A stretch of 40,515 bases of DNA, the filler included, from Planctomycetota bacterium (GTDB taxonomy: Bacteria > Planctomycetota > Planctomycetia > JALXBF01): NCBI GenBank assembly GCA_026991575.1. It is 4 parts of 4 records of this genome, joined end to end, with 100 filler letters (N's around TTAATTAATTAA, not from the genome) between each part and the next. Parts side by side here need not be neighbours in the genome. Positions count along the whole stretch, not along the records: positions 10,225 to 20,259 come from JALXBF010000185.1; positions 20,360 to 30,391 come from JALXBF010000186.1; 2 more parts are not named here. One strand, 5' to 3'. A program made the translations under genes and the position numbers. Below are positions 12,686-22,077 of the stretch, piece by piece. Numbering within the stretch: position 1 is the first letter of the stretch; each line of letters begins with the position of its first letter. The notes below the pieces were generated by a model. That model made no database searches. It was not told where the DNA came from and saw only the letters and a list, made by a program, of their open reading frames with translations.

Positions 12686-13346
12686 GGCTTATCAACGGAT
12701 GGTAGGATTGGACGGCGTGCGAGGGGGTTGTGGCCCTCGCTGGTGCATTGACCGGGATGGCACAGACCGCGTGCGCACGAGAGGCGTCGCTGTAGAAGCG
12801 ACTTCCCGTCCGGTCGAGTGTCGGCGGCAGCAAACGCATGCCCGTAACCAGCCAGGGAATAGGCGGTTGAGGCTGTTTCGTGTACGGGTTGCCGGGGGAG
12901 GTGCTGCCACTCGTGCACGCGCACGCCCAACCCCCGCGGACGATCGCCGATCGGTCCCTGGTGGCGTACTTGATTCCAGAGGTAGGCTCCGTGCACCGGT
13001 CCGGCCCCGTTTCGCTGCAGGCGGCTCTGCGGCCGGCTCCGGGCTGAACCTGACCCCTGTGGGGGCGGAACATTGCAACATCGCTATGAGGGCCTGAGGC
13101 GACCGCCTCAGCAGAAGCTCCACGGCCACGCTGGGACAGAGAAGCCATGCCTGGCAAAGTGCGTCTACCTGGTACGGCCTCAGCCAGGGCCGGAGGAGCC
13201 TATACGGCCACCTCGTTCTCGCCCAGGTCGTGCGAACGGGCGGGCGATTGCCTGGTTCTCCCTTCCGCATCCGGGACAGAACCGTTCTGGAAGAGGTATG
13301 CTACCTGGGTGACTCCGACGGAAGCCATCGCCCCCGGAGGCGAGAC

Positions 13347-13784
13347 ATGCCGGGAAAAACTCAGGTACTGCGCTCGGTGGATGAGCTCAAGCAAATCTTG
13401 GTCGGTCCGCCCCGGTTGTACACTGGCATCGATGAGATGCGTTACTTTCCATCGCGGCGTGAGTTTCACATGCGGCTTTGGAGGACTGCAGATCCCGGTA
13501 GGGGAGGGCATGCAAAGACTGTCTGGTGGGCTCTGGGATCGCTGCGTCGCAAGCGCGCCTACATCTGCTTCCTGGACGTGGTGCTGGAGTCCGTCGTCGA
13601 ATGCAGATTCGTCTGTCGACGCAGATCCGCGCGCACGCTCGACGAGTCCGGAGTGTGCCTCGAGCTAATCGGTGTCGAGCGGCGTGGGACTACCCTGGTC
13701 CTCATGATGCGACCGAGACTGTGGGTTTGGCTCTGGGTAGAGGAGATCTCTGCCATCGCGACGTGGCTCAGCGATAAGCAGTGA
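13347..13784 (+). CDS. Putative orphan immunity protein, paralog of 12230-12685
   Basis: ATG with GGAGG RBS; motifs align with the upstream protein (MRYFPSRREFHMRL vs IAYDDQTGVFRLRL; LDVVLESVVECRFV vs FELVLTDVEDCKII). Confidence 0.6.
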   Translation: MPGKTQVLRSVDELKQILVGPPRLYTGIDEMRYFPSRREFHMRLWRTADPGRGGHAKTVWWALGSLRRKRAYICFLDVVLESVVECRFVCRRRSARTLDESGVCLELIGVERRGTTLVLMMRPRLWVWLWVEEISAIATWLSDKQ

Positions 13785-13937
13785 ACGCGACCACACGGTT
13801 TGCGGACGCAAACGCGACACGCGCTCATGCTGACACCGCGTAGTTCGTCGATTCCCCCAGAACGTAACCGCTTACGGCGGTGTCGACTGTTCGCGCGAAC
13901 TGGTGGCTGTAGCGCCGATTCAACCCGAACCTCACCA

Positions 13938-16830
13938 ATGGGCTTTGTCACCAGCTACAGCTACGACGCCGAGCAGCGGCTGCTGTCGGTCACCGACCCG
14001 CTGGGCCGGACCACCAGCTACGAACGCGACGCACGCGGCCGGGTGATCTCTATCACCGATCCAACCGGCGCCAAGAGCACCTTCGCCTGGGATGCCGTCG
14101 ACCGGCTCGTCCAGCGCAACGATCCGTTTGGCGGACAGCAAACAAGCCAAACGGATTATCGTTACGACAACCTTGATCGACTCATCGAGCTGGTCGACGC
14201 GGAGGGGAACCTCTGGAAGTGGGAGTATGACCTGGTGGGCAACCGGATCGCGGCGATCGATCCGCTGGGGAACCGATACGAATGGGATTACGATGCACGC
14301 AACCGAGTGATCGCCACCCGAGATCCGCTGGGCAACCAGACCACGATCGCTTACACCCTCACCGGCATGGTCGCCGCGGTCACTGACCCCTTGGGCCGCA
14401 CGACGCGGTACCGCTACAACGCCCGCGACTGGCGGACGGCCATCATCCTGCCCGATGGCGACGGCGACCCGAACAACAACCCGGAGATCACTTTTGGCTA
14501 TGATGAGGAAGGTAACCTCATCTCGCTGACCGACGCCGATGGGAACACGACCCAGTGGCGGTTGGACGCCGTGGATCGGGTCATCGAAGAGATCAACGCG
14601 CTGGGGCTGAGCCGCTTCTTCGAGCACGATGCCGCCGGACAACTGACGGCCGTCGTCGACCGCAACGGACGGCGGCGTGAGTTCGACTACGACCTCGACG
14701 GCCGCCGCACCGCAGAGAGGTGGCTCGACAGCCAGGGCCAGATCATCTTCCAGATCAACTACACGTGGGATGCCGCCAACCAGTTGACCGGTGTCTCCGA
14801 CCCGAACCAGACCTACACGCTTGCCTACGACGACGCGGGCCGTATCATCAGTCTCGACAACACCGGCAGCCCCTCCATCTACCCGGTCATCCAGCTCACC
14901 AACACCTACGACGATGCGGGCAACCGCATCCGCGTCACCGATAACTACGGCACCGAGTGGCGGTACCAGTACGACAGCCTGTCGCGGATGACGCAGGCGG
15001 AGTTGGTCGTCAGCGGCACGCCGAAGGCCACCGCGCAGTTCGCCTACGATGCGGCCAGCCGGCTGGTGCGGATGGTCCGCTTTGAGCCCGGCTCCGGTGG
15101 TGGCTGGGGGTCAGGATCCCCAGATCGTCACCAGCTACAGCTATGATGCGGCTTCGCGGGTGACGTTGATTGACCACGACTACGTGCACTCGCAGGGCAA
15201 TGCGACGCCGCTGGCGGACTTCGCCTACACCTGGGATGCGGCCGGTCAGATTGTGGCGTACAGCGGCCCGGAAGGGACGCGCACGTATGCGTACGACCCG
15301 CAGGGTCAGCTGACGGACGTGTGGGATGGCCAGGGGAACCTGATCGAGTACTACCGCTACACGCCCAATGGCAATCGAACGGAGTCGCACCTGCACGGCA
15401 GCGGCTACGTGACCGGTGCGGACAACCGGTTGCTGTCGGATGGAACCAATGACTACGAGTACGACAACGAAGGGAACCTGATTCGCAAGACGAACACGGT
15501 GACCGGTGAGGTAACGGAGTACACGTGGGACTACCGCAACCGGCTGACGCCGGTGGTGCACAAGGATGGCCAGGGGAATGTGCTGTGGAGCGAGACGTAC
15601 GTCTACGACGCGTTCAACCGCCGGATTGCGTTCTACGAGGACCCGGACGGTCCGACCGGCCCGGAGCCGGAACGGTTCACGTTTGTGCTGCATGACCTGG
15701 CTCAGCCGCCGACGGCCGAGCAGGTCGCCCAAGGCGGGTTGGCCCCGTACGTCGATGGCATCTACGAGAGCGCGATTTTGGCGGCCAACCCGATTGCCGA
15801 CTTCACGGACCCGGACACTTCGGACGGCATCACCCCACAGCTCACCGAGCGCCGCCTCTACGCCGCCGCCATCGACTCCCTCCTTGCCCGCGAGGACGCC
15901 CTTGGCGAGATCACCTTCGACCTCACCGACTACCTCGGCAGCATCCGAGGATGGGTGGATTCGTCCGGCACCACGTTAGAGAGCCTCGTCTACGAGACCT
16001 TCGGCCTGCCGGTAGGGGGGTGGTCGAGCAGATCGCGATTCGGCTATTCGGGGCGGGAGCGAGTACGGCAAGGGTGGGCCCTACGAGCCCGACCCTACGA
16101 CGCAGTCATAGGAAGGTTCTTGACAGCTGAGATTCTGGGGATACTCACGTCGCCTAACGCGTACGGCTATGTGCTTAACCGCTCGACCTACCTGATTGAT
16201 CCCCGGGGATTGAGTACAGAACTGCCGAGGCCTGGGACACGACCGGCAGCAGGCTCGGCCACGCAGCCACCGCACCCCCCAACCGACCCTCGGCCCAAGC
16301 CTGACGAGAACGATGTGGCTGTCTACGACCCCAACGACCGCATTGCGCCACACTTCGCGGAGACGGCGGACGACTACGACGCGGCCTATCCGGTTGACAG
16401 CCCATCGGAAGCTGCTGAAAAGATCGCCGAGCACGCCGAGAAACACGGGCCCATCGATAGGCTCGGCCTGGTCGAACACGGGAATCGGGGAGGACAGTAC
16501 TTCGGTGAGCCGTCCGTGCGGCTGCCGGTGGACTGGTTTAGAAAGCTCGCGGAGGAGGGAGTGTTCGCCGACGATGCCGTCATCGTGTTGTACGGGTGCC
16601 ATGTAGGGTCAAACAGCCAGTATTGCCAAGCGATTGCCGACGCCACCGGCTGTGAGGTAATCGCATCGTGTGGTTTGGTGTATCATGGACCGCCGACCCC
16701 GAAAGACAATGGTTCAGTACACGGCAGGCCAGAACCCGGCGCAGGTTGGCACGTGTATCGGCCGGGTCATCCTCCCAGCGCCGGACACTCGGATCACACC
16801 AAGCCGCCGAAGAAAGGTGATAATAAGTAG
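13938..16830 (+). pseudogene. Orphan Rhs module (starts mid-core, +1 frameshift near 15105) with DUF4347/caspase-like C-terminal tip
   Basis: YD repeats in ORF 13938-15146 continue in ORF 15049-16830; one extra base relative to copy 1; core ends YLIDPRGL; tip has IDRLGLVEHG...IVLYGCHVG...IADATGCEVIAS. Confidence 0.85.
14935..15960 (+). repeat. Rhs core repeat copy 2
   Basis: Direct repeat of 10228-11250. Confidence 0.9.
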
Positions 16831-16841
16831 GCACGTTAGTC

Positions 16842-17645
16842 ATGCAGCGTTGGATGAGTGATGCTGCCTCAAGACGGTGGCGGGCATACCTTGCTCTGCT
16901 CTGTCTTGCCGCGAGCAGTGGCTGCGGTTCAGGCTTGCGCTGGGGCCCGCCAACTGCCCAAGAGATCCGGCATGCGCTCGGCTCAGCTTCCTATGTGCGG
17001 ATTAGCTCTTGCGGCCGGAGTGTGAGAATCGACGACCCGGCGACCATTCGCAAGATCGCAGACGCGCTGCCCCAGGGCTCTCGTCCTTACTACGCCCGAT
17101 GGGCATGTGGCTGTCCCCCGGTCGAACTCGATATCACGCTCAAGTCGGACGAGTGGATGCAGTACGAGTTTCATCATGGCACGCTGTACTGGGGCACATG
17201 GCGCAGAGATTTCGGCGAACAGTTTGAAGCTGTGCTGCTGTCGTCGCTGGAGGCAAAGGCTCCTGACGGGCCTGACACCGCCGAGCAGGCAGACGACTGC
17301 TCCTTGGGCGTCGGCCCGCACACACGGCCCCTCAAACGGTCACCCACTGCCTCACCACTAGAACCGGCCACAACGTCAGCGCCACTGCGTTTAAGCTCTC
17401 GGCCGGCTCAGAACCGGGCCAATCACACAGACCGTGGTGGTTCCGGTCCCCTGCATGAGGACCGCTTCCAGCCGTCTCATGACCACACAGCGGACGCCCA
17501 GGTGCGCTCACGGATGTGGTGGGCGTCGGGGGAGTGGTCAGGGAACGGGGAGAACGCCACCGGGTCGACCAACTGCGAGCTGATCCAGGACCTCCTCCAG
17601 CGACGCTACCCAACTTGGGCCCAGCCGATTACCGGTGGCTCGTAA
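16842..17645 (+). CDS. Putative lipoprotein, candidate immunity protein for Rhs tip 2
   Basis: Starts 11 nt after the toxin stop; RRWRAYLALLCLAASSG-C signal/lipobox-like N-terminus; C-terminal half is low-complexity and uncertain. Confidence 0.6.
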   Translation: MQRWMSDAASRRWRAYLALLCLAASSGCGSGLRWGPPTAQEIRHALGSASYVRISSCGRSVRIDDPATIRKIADALPQGSRPYYARWACGCPPVELDITLKSDEWMQYEFHHGTLYWGTWRRDFGEQFEAVLLSSLEAKAPDGPDTAEQADDCSLGVGPHTRPLKRSPTASPLEPATTSAPLRLSSRPAQNRANHTDRGGSGPLHEDRFQPSHDHTADAQVRSRMWWASGEWSGNGENATGSTNCELIQDLLQRRYPTWAQPITGGS

Positions 17646-17654
17646 CATCGGCAC

Positions 17655-18296
17655 ATGCGCAAGCGGAGAAACGGTCCCATGCGTGGCGTGTTAAAGGCAA
17701 ACTGGCTTCCTAGAGACCTCCTGGATCGCACGTCGACCACACTGGCCCTAGTGTACCTTCTGGCTTTCGTCTGGTCGCGCTGCGCCAGTGCGGCTCCGCC
17801 GTTCAACTTTCCCCGATCGTTTTACCAAGCCGCAGTTGCCGCAGCCGCCTGGTGGTGGACACCCCAAGCGTCCGTTGCGTCTTCTCTGGCCGCTTGTGGT
17901 GCCGTCTTGTTCTGCGTGTTGGCTTACACATTGGCCACGCTAGCGCGGCGCCTCGTGCCCTTATGGGTCCGTCGTTGGTTTGCCGTGGTCCTGGCATTCG
18001 CCCTCAGTGCCCCAGCATTCGCGTACGCCTTCACGACCCTGCCTTCGACCTCTTTCTCCCTCGCAAGCGAACTGACCGAGTGGGACGCCTCACCTCCGAC
18101 GTCACCGTTGGAACCGCCCATCGTCGCAATGACCGAGCTGGTTCTGATGAGGGGGCTGGCCATCGTCGGACTGTGCTGCCTGCTAACCCGTCTCGTGTGC
18201 CAAGCACTGAACGTAGCCAGTGAGATAGAGCGCGCAGAAGCCAGCCCCGCGCAGACGCTTCTGCTGATCGTCTGCCTTATATCCGCTGCATTCTGA
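17655..18296 (+). CDS. Hypothetical multi-pass membrane protein
   Basis: 213-aa ORF with 4-5 hydrophobic segments, co-oriented with the Rhs locus. Confidence 0.45.
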   Translation: MRKRRNGPMRGVLKANWLPRDLLDRTSTTLALVYLLAFVWSRCASAAPPFNFPRSFYQAAVAAAAWWWTPQASVASSLAACGAVLFCVLAYTLATLARRLVPLWVRRWFAVVLAFALSAPAFAYAFTTLPSTSFSLASELTEWDASPPTSPLEPPIVAMTELVLMRGLAIVGLCCLLTRLVCQALNVASEIERAEASPAQTLLLIVCLISAAF

Positions 18297-18736
18297 GTAA
18301 CGCCTCTTCCCATCGCGGCTGACGCACTTCGAACGGTGAGCCTCCCGCACGACAGCGCTTGCATCAGAGAGGCGATCGTGGCAAACTGTCCGGGCTCAAG
18401 GGCTCCCGGACTAGGGCCATGGAGGAGTATCATGGCTCGCACAGCGAGGATGCCCTTGGTGCAGTATTTGTCGACGGTGCCGGATCGGCGGCGTTAGTGC
18501 GTGAACCTTCGTCGTCGCCTGTATGCGGTACTGATTCTGGCATTATGCGCGATTCTATGCAGGGCAGAGAGTTTTCGAGCGATCGCGACGTATCGCTGTA
18601 CGTGGTAGGACTTTTTTTTTCGCAAGTCGCTGGATTTGCCCGACGGGATTCCGTTGCATGACACGTTTGCGCCGGCGTTTCAGGTGGTGGCCGCTGAGCT
18701 CGACTTTTGCGGTTTCTGAACGTCACGTGGCGATGC

Positions 18737-20053
18737 TTAGTACGGTGAGCGTAGGACGTAGGAATGATGGAGGGGGCTATTTGCAAAAATACAGTGCTCC
18801 CAGATGTGGGCCCGGACGACAGAGAGCATGTCGGAGAAGCAGATAGTCTTCTTCCCCTGCCAACGGATAACCGGTTCGGCGTCTCGGCCTGTGGAACGAA
18901 GGCGGGCATAAATGAGGACGACAATGGAGTAGAGGCCGAATAGCAAGGGGGTGGCGCTGGAGACGGACCTGGCGAGGCGACGGCGGAGGGTTTCTGGTCG
19001 GAAGTAGGTGTTGACCTCCTGGAAGGTGGTTTCGATGTTCCGGCGGCCGGTGTAGATGGAGACCATCTCTTCGGGGGAGAGATTGGGGTCGGTACAGAAG
19101 AGGTACTCATCACGGTGGGTGCCGTCGAGGTCCCTGACGTGCACCCAACGCATCGGTACCAGAGCCTGACCACGGCGATACCAGAGGCCGGTGCTGCTCA
19201 GCAGCGCAACGTGGCGTGTGTTTCCACCGTACCACGACACGGTGGCCGTGCGAGCCTTGCTCCGATGAGCCCGGACAAAGTCGACAGGCCGGGGCAGTCG
19301 CTTGCCTAGCTTGCGTGGCCGACCGCGGCGTCGCTGGGAACGGCCAGGCGGAGCCGCGTAGAGCAGGCAGCGTGGATGGCATTTGCCGACCAGGGTGACG
19401 CGGTCGGCGTGGCGCGCTGCGAAGCGGGCGAGCAGGTGCGTGCTGAAGCCGCCGTCGACCGCCAGAGTGAAGCGAACTCCTGGCAGCCACCTAAAAACCC
19501 TGTACAACAGGACAATCGCCAGCTCGCTGGGACTGGGGTACTTCCGGCCCAGGGCTTCGCACACGTCTTTGGGCAGGTACAAAGCCACGGCAAGCGGTAA
19601 GGCAAGCTTGCGGGTGGTCCAGGGCACAGCTACCAGAAGGGCCAACACGATCCAGCGGTGCCCGTAAACGGTTACCGTGTGTGACTGCGAAGAGCGGACC
19701 CCGTCGCGATGGCGTCCCTTGCTCCAGACATGTTTGCCGCGGTGTTCTACGGTCGTGTCATCCAGAACAAGCTCCAGCACACCCACCTTGGCCCGGAACG
19801 TCTTGACCAGCTGCCTGGCCAACACGCCGCCCACCACCCATAACTTCCACGGAGCCTCCGACAGGAACCGGCAAAAGTTGCAGAGGTGCAAGTCAGCGAT
19901 CGGCTCGATGGTCCGGACGATGTTTGCCACCGTGCGTCGCCCGTTGCATACAATAGCACCGAGCAGCAGGACGATGAACCGACGGAACGACCGCTCGGTG
20001 AAGGCAACCGCGAAGGGCTCAACCACGCTAGCGAGCGTCTTGCTGAGGCGCAT
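18737..20053 (-). mobile_element. IS701-like (DDE superfamily) transposase
   Basis: LVLDDT, GRHRDGVRSS, YGHRWIVLALLV.VPW...LALP, AVDGGF, YTGRRNIETTFQE motifs; probable element end AAAAGTCGAGCTCAG on the minus strand near 18694-18708. Confidence 0.88.
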
Positions 20054-20259
20054 CTTCGCCCTCCCTGGCTGGTGGTTTTTGCTTTTTTGTCACTGAGGCC
20101 CAGGTGGCCTCACTCACAAGAATCCTACCGCCAGGGAGGTTTTTTTGTCCCCCTCTGCTGCCCCAAGAACCGGCTCCCTCAGCCCCTACCACGCCCACGC
20201 CGGATGACGGCAGCATCGGCCGCTGCCGTGCTTCTGGCCTTGCTTGCCCTGTTGTATCT

Positions 20260-20359
20260 NNNNNNNNNNNNNNNNNNNNNNNNNNNNNNNNNNNNNNNNN
20301 NNNTTAATTAATTAANNNNNNNNNNNNNNNNNNNNNNNNNNNNNNNNNNNNNNNNNNNN
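20260..20359. other. Artificial contig linker
   Basis: N44-TTAATTAATTAA-N44. Confidence 0.97.
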
Positions 20360-21436
20360 TTCAGCCGCGACGAGCTGGTGCGACTCGTGCGCCGCCATCT
20401 GGCCGGGCTGCGCGAACAACGGCTACTATTTCGGCCCGCGCCGGCTCGTCCGCTCGACGATCGCGTCCGGCTGAGAATCACGCCCAAGCACTTTGCCTAC
20501 CTGAAGATCTCCGAAGGCTGCGATCGTCTGTGTACCTTCTGCGCCATTCCCAGGATGCGCGGCCGCCACGTGTCCAAACCGATCGAACAGATCCTGGCCG
20601 AAGCCGCGGAGCTGGCTGCCGACGGTGTCCGTGAACTGATCCTCGTCGCGCAGGACACAACCTACTACGGCATTGACCTCTACGGACGCCCTGCCCTCGC
20701 TCAACTGCTCCGCGCGCTGCAAGAACAGCGGCTGTTCCGCTGGATCCGCCTCCTTTACTGCTACCCACAACACTTCACCGACGAGTTGATCGACCTCATC
20801 GCCAGCTCCGAGCAGATCCTGCCCTACATCGACCTGCCTCTGCAACACATCAACGACCGGTTGCTGCGTCGGATGAAACGCCAGGTCACGCGCGCCGACA
20901 CGATCGCATTGCTCCAACGGCTCCGCTCAGCCATTCCCGACCTGGTACTCCGCACCACGTTCATCGTCGGGTTCCCGGGCGAAACCGACGCGGACTTCGA
21001 AGAACTTTGCGACTTCGTGCGCGCAATCCGTTTCGAGCGATTGGGCGTCTTCGAATACAGCCTTGAACCGGACACCCCGGCCGCCCGGCTCCCGGGACAC
21101 CTGCCTGATGAGATCAAACGCCGACGGCGTGAGCACTTGATGCAGCTGCAACAGGAGATTGCCTTCGACTGGGCGAAGCAACAGGTTGGACGTACGCTGG
21201 AGGTGGTGATCGACCGGCCCGATCAGGAGCCGGGATGGTGGGTTGGTCGCACTTATGCCGATGCCCCGGACATTGACGCCGTGGTGTTCGTGCACAGCGC
21301 GGTTCGGTTACGTGCCGGACAGTTTGTTACCGTCCAGATCCGCGAAGCGGACGGTTACGACCTGGTCGGGACAGTGACGCCATCGGAAACAATGGATTCC
21401 GGAACCGGTTGTCAGGCGTTCGTGGCACGGGACTGA
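20360..21436 (+). CDS. rimO: Ribosomal protein S12 methylthiotransferase RimO (5'-partial)
   Basis: AYLKISEGCDRLCTFCAIP radical-SAM CxxxCxxC, AQDTTYYG, LRTTFIVGFPGET, C-terminal TRAM with GRTYADAPDID. Confidence 0.95.
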   Translation, partial: FSRDELVRLVRRHLAGLREQRLLFRPAPARPLDDRVRLRITPKHFAYLKISEGCDRLCTFCAIPRMRGRHVSKPIEQILAEAAELAADGVRELILVAQDTTYYGIDLYGRPALAQLLRALQEQRLFRWIRLLYCYPQHFTDELIDLIASSEQILPYIDLPLQHINDRLLRRMKRQVTRADTIALLQRLRSAIPDLVLRTTFIVGFPGETDADFEELCDFVRAIRFERLGVFEYSLEPDTPAARLPGHLPDEIKRRRREHLMQLQQEIAFDWAKQQVGRTLEVVIDRPDQEPGWWVGRTYADAPDIDAVVFVHSAVRLRAGQFVTVQIREADGYDLVGTVTPSETMDSGTGCQAFVARD

Positions 21437-21450
21437 CGCAGGTTTCACCG

Positions 21451-22062
21451 ATGGACACGACAACGAACGTGCAAGCCGCCCCTTTGAAGCGGTCGAGCTT
21501 GAAGTTCGATACGCTGGCGAACCGGATCACGGCCGTGCGGCTCGTGCTAGCCGTCGTGTTGTTCGGACTGATCGCCTACGAGTACTGGGCCTCGGCCCTG
21601 GCGCTGTTTGGGGTGTTGCTGGTCAGTGACCTGTTGGACGGCTACCTGGCACGCAAGCGTGGCGAAGTGACGGCCGTGGGCAGGATCCTGGATCCTTTCG
21701 CCGACAAAATCGTCATCGTTGGGGCGTTTATCTTCTTGATGCCGTACGCCCCGGAGCTTGCGCCCTGGGTCGTGACGTTGATCGTAGCTCGCGAGTTGCT
21801 CGTGTCCTCGATCCGCAGCTTCCTGGAGTCGGCCCGTATTCCTTTCGGCGCCGACTGGGGAGGCAAGCTGAAGATGGCATCCCAGTCGGCCTGCGTTGCC
21901 TGGCTGCTGCTGACGTCTGCGCCAGGCCTGGCGGCCCCGTGGACCTCGACGGTACGGCTCGCGCTCGTCTGGCTCACCGTTGTGACCACGGCCCTGAGCG
22001 GGCTGAACTACTTCCGCCGCGCTGTGCGGTTGCTTCAGGACGCTGAGAGCAACGGCAGCTAG
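21451..22062 (+). CDS. pgsA: CDP-diacylglycerol--glycerol-3-phosphate 3-phosphatidyltransferase
   Basis: ANRITAVR, DLLDGYLARK.GEVT.VGRILDPFADK CDP-alcohol phosphotransferase motif, ARELLVS, GKLKM; usual rimO-pgsA synteny. Confidence 0.92.
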   Translation: MDTTTNVQAAPLKRSSLKFDTLANRITAVRLVLAVVLFGLIAYEYWASALALFGVLLVSDLLDGYLARKRGEVTAVGRILDPFADKIVIVGAFIFLMPYAPELAPWVVTLIVARELLVSSIRSFLESARIPFGADWGGKLKMASQSACVAWLLLTSAPGLAAPWTSTVRLALVWLTVVTTALSGLNYFRRAVRLLQDAESNGS

Positions 22063-22077
22063 GCCAAGCGACGCTCG

